64,000 nt of DNA, from NCBI GenBank assembly GCA_965242565.1, contig OZ251457.1, forward strand, positions 172,046 to 236,045, in the 5' to 3' direction. Position 1 is the first letter of the stretch, and the number at the start of each line of letters is the position of its first letter. The notes beneath the pieces were generated by a model. That model ran no database searches, was not told where the DNA came from, and saw nothing but the letters and a program-made list of their open reading frames with translations. This document shows, piece after piece, positions 9,376 to 19,549 of the stretch. Made by a program: the position numbers and the translations under genes. Source of the stretch: Dehalococcoidia bacterium (GTDB taxonomy: Bacteria > Chloroflexota > Dehalococcoidia > Bin125).

Positions 9376-10193
9376 TGCCGCCCGCGCAGACCGGCTCGGT
9401 GCTGGAACGGATCGTCGCCGACACGCGGGCGCGCGTCGCCGAGCGCAAGCGGTCGCTCCCCTTCGAGACCGTCTCCGCGCAGGCCCGCAGCTGCCCGCCC
9501 GCTCGCGATTTCGTCGCCGCGCTGCGCGCACCACGCGCACCACGCGCACCAGGCGTCGGCGTGATCGCCGAGATCAAGCGCGGCTCACCCTCCAAGGGTC
9601 TGTTCGCACCCGACATCGATCCCGCGGCGCTGGCCGCCACGTTCAACACGATCGGCGCGGCGGCCGTCTCGGTGCTCACCGCGCCCGACTTCTTCGCCTC
9701 CGACGACGACCTGCGCGCGGCATCCGAGGCGCTGGAGGGCGCCGATACGCCGCTGCTGCGCAAGGAGTTTCACGTCGATCCGTACCAAGTAGCAGAAGCG
9801 CGCATGCTGGGCGCGGATGCGTTTCTGATCATCGCCAAGTCGTCCGACATTGCGGAGATGCGCGCGCTGATAGAGGCCGGGAGCGAGTTCGGGATCGCGG
9901 CGTTCGTAGAAGTCACCGACGAAGCCGAGCTTGACGCGGCGCTGGCCGTGGGCGCGCCGGCGATCGGCATCAACAACCGCGACCTGCACACGTTCAAGGA
10001 GGACCTGAGCACGACCGAACGGCTGCGCCCGCTCGCGCCGCCGCAGATTCCCGTCGTCGCCGCCAGCGGCGTGCGCACGCGCGAGGATATGCGGCGAATG
10101 GAGGCTTGCAACGTGAACGCGGTACTGATCGGCGAGGCGCTCTCCAGCGCCGCCGATCCCGCCGCCAAGCTGCGGGAGCTGACCGGACAATGA
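9375..10193 (+). CDS. trpC: Indole-3-glycerol phosphate synthase
   Basis: VIAEIKRGSPSKG, LRKEFHVDPYQ and GINNRDL motifs. ATG 9375 overlaps the trpD stop; the track ORF starts at 9294. Confidence 0.9.
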   Translation: MPPAQTGSVLERIVADTRARVAERKRSLPFETVSAQARSCPPARDFVAALRAPRAPRAPGVGVIAEIKRGSPSKGLFAPDIDPAALAATFNTIGAAAVSVLTAPDFFASDDDLRAASEALEGADTPLLRKEFHVDPYQVAEARMLGADAFLIIAKSSDIAEMRALIEAGSEFGIAAFVEVTDEAELDAALAVGAPAIGINNRDLHTFKEDLSTTERLRPLAPPQIPVVAASGVRTREDMRRMEACNVNAVLIGEALSSAADPAAKLRELTGQ

Positions 10194-10902
10194 GCGCCCC
10201 TACACAACCGCTGCCGCTGGTCAAGATCTGCGGCGTCCGCGAGGCCGCCCCCGCCGCCGCCGCGCGCGACGCCGGCGCGGACCTGGTCGGGATGATCTTC
10301 GCCGACGCGCGTCGCCGCGTTGAGCTCGCCGCCGCCCGCGCGATCCGCCGCGAGCTCGGACCGCGCGCCGAAATTACTGACTCCACAACCGAGGCGGTGG
10401 AGCAGGCCCGCGCACAAGCGGGCCACCCGCTGCTGGTCGGCGTCTTCGCCCGCCAGACGCCCGACGAAATCCTGCGCATCCTCGATCGCGTCGAGCTCGA
10501 TCTGGTGCAGCTGAGCGGCGGCGAACACCCTGCGCTGGCGGGACGCATTCCGCGCGTCGTGATCCGCGCGACGCATGTCGCCGACGGGGCTACTGCGGAG
10601 TCGCTGCTGCGCGACGCGCGGCGCGAACCGCGGACGATCACGCTGCTTGACGCCGCCTCGCGGCAGGGCGGCGGGATGGGCGAGCGCTTTGACTGGTCGC
10701 TGGCAAGCGCCGTCGCGCGGCAGCGCCCCATCATCCTCGCCGGCGGACTCGCGCCCGATAATGTCACCGAAGCCGTCGCGCGCGTGCAGCCGTGGGCGGT
10801 GGATGTGTCGTCGGGCGTCGAAATCGACGGCGTGAAGTCGGAAGAGAAAATCCGCGCGTTCATCGGCGCGGCGAAATCGCAGCAGCGAGCGGAGGCGCGC
10901 GC

Positions 10903-10906
<4 letters not shown>
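10190..10906 (+). CDS. trpF: Phosphoribosylanthranilate isomerase
   Basis: [23 protein letters not shown] and VDVSSGVE motifs. ATGA overlap with trpC. Confidence 0.88.
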
Positions 10907-12090
<1,184 letters not shown>

Positions 12091-12097
12091 GGTGGGG

Positions 12098-12153
12098 CAG
12101 CCGCCCCCCAGTCCGCTACGCGGACAGCCCCGTGCATAGGGGGGCGATTCCGG
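12098..12153. repeat. Double-hairpin intergenic element (family D)
   Basis: CCCCAGTCCGC-N-GCGGACAGCC followed by a TGCATAGGGGGGCGATTCCGG hairpin. Copies at 28141, 34321, 39598 and 46748. Confidence 0.7.
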
Positions 12154-12187
12154 GTCGGGGAATTCGTGGAGCGGCAGAGGGGGAGAT

Positions 12188-12922
12188 GTGAGCGACTTGC
12201 GCGAGGGCATTGACGTTGAGGCGGGTGAAGAGTCGCCTGCGCGGGCGAGCGCTTGGCCGGTACTCGGCTGGACGCTGGCCGCGCTCGTCGCCTACTTCCT
12301 CTTTGCCGTTCTCGCGGCGGCGATTACGGGCGAGGATGAATCGCAGGGCGCGCTGCTGGTTCGGCTGATCATCGGCGGCATCGCCGCCACCGTCGTTGGG
12401 TTCATCGTCGTGCCGGCGTTGGCGCTGCGCCGCCGGGCGATCCGGCCGCCCGGATGGACGCGACCGACAGCAAGCGACATCGGGCTGGCCGCGTTGATCC
12501 TGATCGCCAGCTACGGCGCGCTGCTGATCTACATCGTGATCGTGGAGGCGATCGGCGCCGACGACCTTGTGCCGCAATCGACGATCGAGAACGACGACCT
12601 CCGCCAGACGGCGCTGGTCGCGGCGGTGACCGGTGTGCTGGTGATCGGCGTCGCGCCGTTCGCCGAGGAGTTTCTCTTCCGCCGCTTTCTGCTGGGCGGC
12701 CTGCGCGCGGTCTGGGGGGTGTGGCCCGCGCTGCTGCTCAGCGCGGCGCTATTCTCCGTGCTGCACGCCGACCTCGGCAGCATGATCCCCTTCGCGATCA
12801 TCGGCCTGATTTTCGGCTTCGCCTACTTGCGCTCCGAAAGTCTCACAGCGCCGACCATCGCGCACCTGGTCTTCAACATCATCGGCTTCACGGCGACGAT
12901 GGTGCGCGACGGGATTGGCTGA
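12188..12922 (+). CDS. CPBP (CAAX) family intramembrane glutamic endopeptidase
   Basis: Multi-TM protein with FAEEFLFRRFL, FSVLHA and HLVFNIIG motifs. Confidence 0.8.
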   Translation: MSDLREGIDVEAGEESPARASAWPVLGWTLAALVAYFLFAVLAAAITGEDESQGALLVRLIIGGIAATVVGFIVVPALALRRRAIRPPGWTRPTASDIGLAALILIASYGALLIYIVIVEAIGADDLVPQSTIENDDLRQTALVAAVTGVLVIGVAPFAEEFLFRRFLLGGLRAVWGVWPALLLSAALFSVLHADLGSMIPFAIIGLIFGFAYLRSESLTAPTIAHLVFNIIGFTATMVRDGIG

Positions 12923-12984
12923 GCCGCCCGTCGCTGTCCGTCAAGGTCCGTCAAACGGGAGATTGCGGGTATCGTGGGGGACCG

Positions 12985-13848
12985 ATGAACCGCTACGCCA
13001 CCGCCTTCGCCGACGCGCCTGCTGCCGAGCGCCCGCTGGTCTTCCCGTATCTCACGGCCGGCTTTCCGACGCCGGCCGAGACCAACGAGCTGACGCTGGC
13101 GGCGATTCGCGGCGGCGCGGGAGGGCTGGAGATCGGCGTCGCGTTCTCGGACCCGCTGGCCGACGGCCCGACAATCCAGCGCGCTAACACCGCCGCGCTG
13201 GCGGCCGGCGCGACGGTGGAAACGGCGCTCGACGCGGCGCGGGCCGTGCGGGCAGCGGGCTCCGAGGCCCCGATCACGCTGATGGGCTACCTTAATCCGT
13301 TCCTCGCCTACCGCGGCGACGGGCGTCAGATGGGCGGCGCGCACAGCCCGGCCGCCGAGGTGGGGCGGCCGCTCGAGCCGCTGGCCGCCGCCGCGAGCGC
13401 CGCCGGCGTCGACGGAATCATCCTCGTCGACCTGCCCGTCGACGAATCCGATCCGGCCCGCGAAATACTCGCCGCGCACGGTATCGACCTGGTCTTTCTG
13501 CTCGCGCCGACCAGTACGCCGCAGCGGATCGCCGCCGTCGCCGAGCGCGCAGCGGGCTTTATCTATCTGGTCAGTGTGACCGGCGTGACCGGCGCGCGCG
13601 ATCAGATCGCTCCCGATCTGCGCGAATTCGTCCAGCGTGTCCGCGAACACACGCCCCTGCCGCTCGCCGTTGGATTCGGGGTGCGCAATCGCGCGCAGGT
13701 TGAAGCTATCGGCCGATTGTGTGAAGCTGCCGTTATCGGCAGCGCGTTGACGACGACGATCGCCGATGCGCCGCCGAACGGCCGCGTCCAGGCGGTCGAG
13801 CGATACCTTGAGGTGGTCACCGGCCGCCGGAGAGACGAGTCGGGATGA
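12985..13848 (+). CDS. trpA: Tryptophan synthase alpha chain
   Basis: PYLTAGFP, LEIGVAFSDPLADGPTIQ, YLVSVTGVTG and VGFGV motifs. The start is trimmed from track ORF 12454. Confidence 0.9.
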   Translation: MNRYATAFADAPAAERPLVFPYLTAGFPTPAETNELTLAAIRGGAGGLEIGVAFSDPLADGPTIQRANTAALAAGATVETALDAARAVRAAGSEAPITLMGYLNPFLAYRGDGRQMGGAHSPAAEVGRPLEPLAAAASAAGVDGIILVDLPVDESDPAREILAAHGIDLVFLLAPTSTPQRIAAVAERAAGFIYLVSVTGVTGARDQIAPDLREFVQRVREHTPLPLAVGFGVRNRAQVEAIGRLCEAAVIGSALTTTIADAPPNGRVQAVERYLEVVTGRRRDESG

Positions 13849-14074
13849 TGCAGCCCCGCTCCAAGCAGCGAATTGCCGAGCCGCGACTCGCCGCGCTGCG
13901 GGCCGGGCTGCCTGCGTTCGGATACCCCGGCTATGCCTCCGCGGCCGGCGCTTTTGGCGTCGGTCGCTAGAGCAGCGCCTCCGCGCCGCTCGCTTCAGAC
14001 GCACCAGCCGTAACGACCGCGCCGCCTACGCCAAACTGCACCAACCGGCGCGCACACCGAACCCGACTGCCGAT

Positions 14075-14485
14075 ATGGGCGATTCCTCCGATTCCCTGTG
14101 GCGAATGCGCGGTATCCGCGGCGCGACGACCGTGTCTGCCAACACGCGCGCAGCGATCCTCGACGCCACGCACGAGCTGCTGGCGGAGATGATCGCGCGC
14201 AACGGGGTCGAGGGCGAGGATGTCGCGTCGGCCTGGTTCACGACTACCGCGGACCTGAACGCGGAGTTTCCGGCGGTCGTGGCGCGGCGCGATTTCGCCT
14301 GGCGCGACGCGGCGCTGATGTGCGGGCACGAGATGGATGTGCCGGGCGCGTTGCCGGGCTGTCTGCGCATTCTGCTGCACGTCAACACCCGGCGGCGGCA
14401 GGACGAGATCGAACACGTGTATCTGCGCGGCGCGACGGTGCTGCGCCCCGATCGGGTCCGAACGGACCCCCAAAGCGGCGACTGA
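14075..14485 (+). CDS. aroH: AroH-type monofunctional chorismate mutase
   Basis: MRGIRGATTV, SAWFTTTADLNAEFPA and LRILLHVN motifs. Start may be ATG 14105. Confidence 0.8.
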   Translation: MGDSSDSLWRMRGIRGATTVSANTRAAILDATHELLAEMIARNGVEGEDVASAWFTTTADLNAEFPAVVARRDFAWRDAALMCGHEMDVPGALPGCLRILLHVNTRRRQDEIEHVYLRGATVLRPDRVRTDPQSGD

Positions 14486-14512
14486 GCGCCGCGCAACGAA
14501 GGAGAACCGAAC

Positions 14513-15568
14513 ATGCTCGTGGTGATGAAACAGGACGCAACCGACGAAGAGGTCAAGGGCGTGCTCGCACGCCTCAAGGATGCCAATCTCGAAGGCCACC
14601 TCTCGCCCGGCGAAGAGCGCGTCGTAATTGGCGCGGTCGGTGTGATCGTCGATCCCGACATTCGCCCAGCGGTGAGCCGCATGGCCGGCGTGGAAGAGGT
14701 GATCGCGATCTCGCGCCCCTACAAGCTGACAGGGCGCGAGTTCCAGCCCGAAGACACCGTGATCGATGTCGGCGGCGTCAAAATCGGCGACGGCACGATG
14801 GCCGTAATGGCCGGCCCCTGCAGCATCGAGAACGAGGAGCACATGGTCGCCACGGCGCGCGCCGTGCGCGACGCGGGCGCCCAGATCATCCGCGGCGGTG
14901 CATTCAAGCCGCGCACCTCTCCCTACGCCTTCCGCGGCCTCGGTGAAGAGGGCTTGCGGCACCTCGCCGCCGCGCGCGAAGAAGTCGGCCTGCCGGTAAT
15001 CACCGAGGTGATGTCCGAGCGCGACGTCGAAGTCGTCGCCCGCTACGCCGACATCCTGCAGATCGGCACGCGCAACATGCAGAACTTCACCCTGCTCGAC
15101 GAGGTCGGCCTCACGCGCAAGCCGGTGATGCTGAAGCGCGGCCTGACCGCGACGATCGACGAGTGGCTGCTGGCGGCCGAGTACATCATGGCCAAGGGCA
15201 ACCGCGAGGTGATCCTCTGCGAGCGCGGCATCCGCACGTTCGAGACGGCGACCCGCAACACGCTCGATCTGTCGGCGATCCCGGTGATCAAGCGGCTCAG
15301 CCACCTGCCGGTGGTCAGCGATCCGTCGCACGGCACGGGCCACTGGTACCTGGTCGAGCCGATGGCCCGCGCCTCGATGGCAGTCGGCGCCGATGCGCTG
15401 ATGATCGAGGTACACCCCTCGCCCGATCACGCGCTGTCGGACGGTCCGCAGTCGCTGACGTTCGAGAACTTCGCGGAGCTGATGGAGTCGCTGGAGCGGG
15501 TCGGCGAGGCCGTCGGCCGCCCGCTCTCCCCGCAGCCGGCCGCAACGCTGCCCGTCGCCGCCGGCTAG
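14513..15568 (+). CDS. DAHP synthase, type I-beta with N-terminal ferredoxin-like regulatory domain
   Basis: An N-terminal ~75-aa [14 protein letters not shown] domain, followed by [22 protein letters not shown] and DPSHG motifs. Confidence 0.88.
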   Translation: MLVVMKQDATDEEVKGVLARLKDANLEGHLSPGEERVVIGAVGVIVDPDIRPAVSRMAGVEEVIAISRPYKLTGREFQPEDTVIDVGGVKIGDGTMAVMAGPCSIENEEHMVATARAVRDAGAQIIRGGAFKPRTSPYAFRGLGEEGLRHLAAAREEVGLPVITEVMSERDVEVVARYADILQIGTRNMQNFTLLDEVGLTRKPVMLKRGLTATIDEWLLAAEYIMAKGNREVILCERGIRTFETATRNTLDLSAIPVIKRLSHLPVVSDPSHGTGHWYLVEPMARASMAVGADALMIEVHPSPDHALSDGPQSLTFENFAELMESLERVGEAVGRPLSPQPAATLPVAAG

Positions 15569-15569
15569 C

Positions 15570-16100
15570 GCACGCCCGCACTTCCGCCATACCCGCGCCG
15601 CCCCCACTGCCACCCTCGCTCCACCTCCGTCATACCCGCGCTTGCCGCGGAGCCTGCCCCCGGCCCGAACGGGGGTATCTTGCCGTGGCCAGCACCGACG
15701 CCCCGGGCCATCCTCCCAACGCCGCTCGCCCCCCATTCCGTCGCCCCAGACTTGCTCTGGGGCCCATACGGCGGTCGTTGGCGGGACGACGCCCGAGTGG
15801 CCCGCGAACGACGTCGGGAGGTCGTTCGGGGCTCTTGCACCGCGCACGGCGTTGGGTTTGGGTTCCAGATCAAGTCTGGAACGACGGATCCTGGGGGTGG
15901 GGTTGGGTGCCGCACACGTCGAGATACCCCCGTTCGGGCCGGGGGCAGGCTCCGCGGCAAGCGCGGGTATGACGGAGTAGAGAAAGGGGCGGGAACGACG
16001 GAAAGGAGCGGCGGGAACGACGGAAGTGTGAGCAGTCCCTAGCGCCCGCCCACGCCCATGCGTGTGAATGACGGGAAAAGGTGGGCGGGAGTGACGGAGG
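15570..16100. repeat. Nested palindromic MITE-like element (families H and P) with C-rich and G-rich tails
   Basis: ~50-bp inverted termini: CCGTCATACCCGCGCTTGCCGCGGAGCCTGCCCCCGGCCCGAACGGGGGTATC (15628-15680) and its reverse complement (15921-15975). They flank a family-P palindrome (15738-15888). GGGAACGACGG-like units run on to about 16100. Confidence 0.7.
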
Positions 16101-16124
16101 GGGTGGCGGACCGGCTGAAGCGCG

Positions 16125-16718
16125 TCAGGCGGGGGGGCGGGTTTCGGCGTCGCGGGCGTCGAGGTTGCGGGCTTCCTGGGCCTGCGCCAGCTTCAGTTCC
16201 AACGCGCTGACGGAGTTGTTGACGTTCTGCTCGAGGCTGTTGAGCTGTTCGGCGAGGCGGCGCAGCATTTCGAGCGAGTAGCGGTCGGCTTCGAGCGCCT
16301 GCTCGACGGCGTCCGTCGCCGCAGCGCCCCGAACGCCGGCCGCTTCGGCGCGGGCGTTCTCGATCGCCTCGCGCGCCGACTGCCCCGCGCGCTCGAGAAT
16401 TTCATCGGCCCGCTGCTGCGCGGAGACGACGATCTCGTGCGCGTCGATCTGGCTCTCGGCCTCTTGCCGGGCGCGGTTGACGATCAGTTGGGCTTCTTCG
16501 CGCGCTTTGTCGAGCACGTTGTCGCGCTCGGAGATCAGCTTGTCGGCCTGTTCGAGCGAGGCGGGCGCTGTCGCCCGCAGGCGGTCGATCAGGTCGAGCA
16601 GCTGCTCGCGGTCGACCACCCAGCCAGCGCCGAAGCGCGCATTGCGCCCGGCCAGCACGGCGTCTTCCAGCTGGTCGATGATTTCGAGGAGGTCGATGTC
16701 AGCCTCCCGACGCTCCAC
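16125..16718 (-). CDS. Coiled-coil protein (ATP synthase b / DivIVA-like heptads), function unknown
   Basis: Ala/Glu/Arg-rich helical sequence after a LLEIIDQLEDAV N-terminus. GTG 16718 is chosen as start; the track ORF runs to 16763. Overlaps the coaD 3' end. Confidence 0.55.
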   Translation of the reverse strand: MERREADIDLLEIIDQLEDAVLAGRNARFGAGWVVDREQLLDLIDRLRATAPASLEQADKLISERDNVLDKAREEAQLIVNRARQEAESQIDAHEIVVSAQQRADEILERAGQSAREAIENARAEAAGVRGAAATDAVEQALEADRYSLEMLRRLAEQLNSLEQNVNNSVSALELKLAQAQEARNLDARDAETRPPA

Positions 16719-17199
16719 GCCGATCCGGCGGTCCGAACTTCGCTTCGAGCGCGCGCGCCACATTGGGCGGCACGAGGTCGTCGACGGGATGGCGCAGGGC
16801 GGCGAGCTCGCGGATGCGGCTGGCCGAGATGAACAGGTGCTTGTGTCCGGCCATCAGAAAGACGGACTCGATGTGCGGCGCCATCTTCTTGTTCATCAGC
16901 GCCATATCGAACTCGGTCTCGAAGCCGGTCACGGCGCGGATGCCGCGCACGAGCACGCTCGCGCCCACGACATCGGCATAGTTCACGACCAGCCCCTCGA
17001 AGCTGGCGGCGCGCACGTTGGGGCAGCCCGCCGTTGCTTCGCGGATCAGTTCGAGCCGCTCTTCGACGGTGAACAGCTGGCGGTCGCGGCCGTAAACGGC
17101 CATCACCACTTCGTCGAACATCCCGGCGGCGCGCTGGACGATGTCGAGATGCCCGTTGGTGATCGGGTCGAAGCCGCCCGGGTAGAGCGCGATGGTCAT
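16699..17199 (-). CDS. coaD: Phosphopantetheine adenylyltransferase
   Basis: YPGGFDPITNGHLDIV and SASRIRE motifs. Confidence 0.93.
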   Translation of the reverse strand: MTIALYPGGFDPITNGHLDIVQRAAGMFDEVVMAVYGRDRQLFTVEERLELIREATAGCPNVRAASFEGLVVNYADVVGASVLVRGIRAVTGFETEFDMALMNKKMAPHIESVFLMAGHKHLFISASRIRELAALRHPVDDLVPPNVARALEAKFGPPDRRGASGG

Positions 17200-17774
17200 G
17201 GCCCGCCCTCCGCTCGATATGTCTCTAGGACGCCTTCACCATACCGCCGCTGGTCAATGCGGACTAGCCCACCGATCCGATCGGGGGCGGCGGGACGCTC
17301 CGCTGTAGCCGTAGGACGCCGCCAGAGGACGAGCGCAGCCGGCGCGAGCAGCGCCGATTGGTCGAGCTGTTCCACGACCGGTAGCGCGTCTACGCCGTAG
17401 GGCGGATCGACGAACGCCAGGCTGAGCGGGCGGCGCACGCGCGTCCAACAGCGCTCGGCGGGCAGGCGCAGCACGGCGGCGCGGCGCTCCACGCCGAGGT
17501 CCGCCAGGTTGCGTCGGATCACGGCGCAGGCGGGCGCGGCGCGCTCGACGAAATCAACCCAGGCCGCGCCGCGGCTGAGCGCTTCGATCCCCAGATAACC
17601 CGCGCCGGCGTAGAGGTCCAGCACCTGAGCGTCGTCCAGCGCCTCGCGCACTTCGGCGCGTCCGAAGATCGACTGGCGCAGCATCGCGGTGGCCGGACGG
17701 GTACCGGCGGCCGGCGAGCGCAGCCGGCGGCCGCGCAGTTCGCCGCCCACGACGCGCGCGGCAGTGCGCGGCAT
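17196..17774 (-). CDS. rsmD: 16S rRNA (guanine966-N2)-methyltransferase
   Basis: RVVGGELRGRRL, LDLYAGAGYLGIEALSRGA and FVDPPY motifs. Trimmed from track ORF 17196..18773. Confidence 0.85.
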   Translation of the reverse strand: MPRTAARVVGGELRGRRLRSPAAGTRPATAMLRQSIFGRAEVREALDDAQVLDLYAGAGYLGIEALSRGAAWVDFVERAAPACAVIRRNLADLGVERRAAVLRLPAERCWTRVRRPLSLAFVDPPYGVDALPVVEQLDQSALLAPAALVLWRRPTATAERPAAPDRIGGLVRIDQRRYGEGVLETYRAEGGP

Positions 17775-17779
17775 CGGTC

Positions 17780-19549
17780 CTAGTCCACGATCGGCACGGT
17801 GATCACCGTGCCGACGCGCACATCGCCGTCGCTGACGACCAGTTGCGCTTCGTAGTCGCCCGCCTCGGGCGGCAGTTCCCAGACCTGCCAGCCGGTGCCG
17901 CTGGCTCCGCTCAGCGCGCCGGCCTGCACGGCGAAGACGGGCGAGAACAGGATCGGATTGGGCAGGCGCAGGTCGACCTGTCCGGTTTCGAGGAAGGCGG
18001 AGACGGCGGGCCAGAGGTTGGCGTTGGCTCGGTCGGCGGAGACATTGCTGAGATAGACGCCGCCGAGCTGCATTTCTTCGACCGAGATCAGCTTGAACGC
18101 GGCGCTGAAGCGGTTTTCGATCCAGATCGTGACCTGGTTGCCGCTGAGGTCCGGATACGAGAAGGAGACGGTGCGTGTAGCGTCGTCCCAGTGGATGCCG
18201 CTGCTGGCGCTGTCGCGCTGGATACTCGCGCCCTGCAAGGTGACGCGCTCGCCCGCCACATACGGTCCCGTTTCGCGGATGCTCACCGTGCTGGCGACGC
18301 CGAGCGCCGCGCGCTGCGTGGTCGTGGAGAGCACCCCGCCGCTGCGCACGACGGCGTCGGAAGAGACGGCGAGCAGCACTTTTTCGCGCGGCACGCGCGA
18401 GAGCAGGGTAGGCATCGAGGCGTCGATCGCGGCTTGGTGGATCGTCGGATCGAGCGGCGGCTCGGCGACGATGAAATCGGCCGCCGCGCCGATCACGGTC
18501 AGGTCGTATGCGCCCTCGCCCAGCCCGCCGCTGGTCGTGAGCGGGATATGGACGCTGAAGCCGCGCCCGTCGCGGTGCAGCAGATCGGCGAGCTCGGTGA
18601 CAAACGACGAGAACTGGCCGCGCAGCGCCGGGCTGACTTCGCGGTAGTCGAGATCGACGCCGGCGTAGCGTCCGTTCTGAATGGCGAGCATGATCGCGGC
18701 GATGTGCGCGCGGCGCAGCTGGTCGGAGGCCAGAATGTCGTTGACGGTCACCGCGTCTTCGGGCGCCGCCCAAACGACGGGCCAGATGCTCTGGGTGACG
18801 CTGGGCAGCGCCTGGTCGACGCCGCCGAGCAGCGATCCGTCGGATGCCGGCGTCCAGCCTTCGAGGTGGACGATGGTGAGCGAGCCGACGACATCGGCGG
18901 ACGGTTCGTGGCCGCGCGGGACGCGCCCGGCGAGCACATCGCGGAACTGGAGGCGGCGCAGGATCACGATGTTGGCGGGCAGCTCGGCGAGCATGATCCG
19001 GGCGCTGATGCCGTCCGGCTCGAGCTGCGCCGGGCCGAGCCGCACCCAGTCGGCGCCGTCCCAGGTGTACGCGCCCAGGTTGCGCCCGTCCTGCGTGGGT
19101 GTGGAGAGGCGGATCGTGAGTTCGAACGGCCCGGCGGAGGAGCCGGGCCCGCGCACGTTGAACATCGGGCTGGCCGCGCCGAGTACATCGGGCACCTCCG
19201 GCAGCCGTTCGCCGAGCGCCGCCGAAAAGCGGGTGGTGAGCTGCGCGATGCCGTCGCTCTCCTGCTCGTCGTCCGAGTTGATCTGGTCGACCAGTCCTGG
19301 CTCAAAGAAGAGGACGACGATCAACCCGGCGAGCAGCGCGCCGATCACGAGCACGATCAGCAGTCCGGTGCTGCGCCCTCCGCCGCCGGCTGCGGGCGCG
19401 GGCGGCTGCGGTTGCGGCGGCGGCGAGTCGCGGCGCGGCTCGTCGGCGAAGGGCGTGCGCTGCCCGGCCTCCGGAGCGGGCGCGCCGACCCGCCGCACGG
19501 GGCGCTGGGCGAACGGTCCGCCGCTGTCGCCGAACGGTCCGTCGCTCAT
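17780..19549 (-). CDS. Membrane-anchored protein with GH18-like (chitinase-fold) domain, probably non-catalytic
   Basis: Pro-rich N-terminus, one TM helix (LLIVLVIGALLAGLIVVLFF), and a GVDLDYRE motif where the GH18 DxDxE motif would lie. Confidence 0.55.
   Translation of the reverse strand: MSDGPFGDSGGPFAQRPVRRVGAPAPEAGQRTPFADEPRRDSPPPQPQPPAPAAGGGGRSTGLLIVLVIGALLAGLIVVLFFEPGLVDQINSDDEQESDGIAQLTTRFSAALGERLPEVPDVLGAASPMFNVRGPGSSAGPFELTIRLSTPTQDGRNLGAYTWDGADWVRLGPAQLEPDGISARIMLAELPANIVILRRLQFRDVLAGRVPRGHEPSADVVGSLTIVHLEGWTPASDGSLLGGVDQALPSVTQSIWPVVWAAPEDAVTVNDILASDQLRRAHIAAIMLAIQNGRYAGVDLDYREVSPALRGQFSSFVTELADLLHRDGRGFSVHIPLTTSGGLGEGAYDLTVIGAAADFIVAEPPLDPTIHQAAIDASMPTLLSRVPREKVLLAVSSDAVVRSGGVLSTTTQRAALGVASTVSIRETGPYVAGERVTLQGASIQRDSASSGIHWDDATRTVSFSYPDLSGNQVTIWIENRFSAAFKLISVEEMQLGGVYLSNVSADRANANLWPAVSAFLETGQVDLRLPNPILFSPVFAVQAGALSGASGTGWQVWELPPEAGDYEAQLVVSDGDVRVGTVITVPIVD

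Noticed and set aside
17775-18773. Long N-terminal extensions of track ORFs (for example 17196..18773, 19546..21837, 55875..57872, 57656..60376, 12454..13848, 13766..14485)
   Set aside because: The extensions are Arg/Pro-rich, overlap other well-supported genes, and lack homology-like motifs. Internal ATG/GTG starts abut the neighbouring stop codons and give normal-length proteins.
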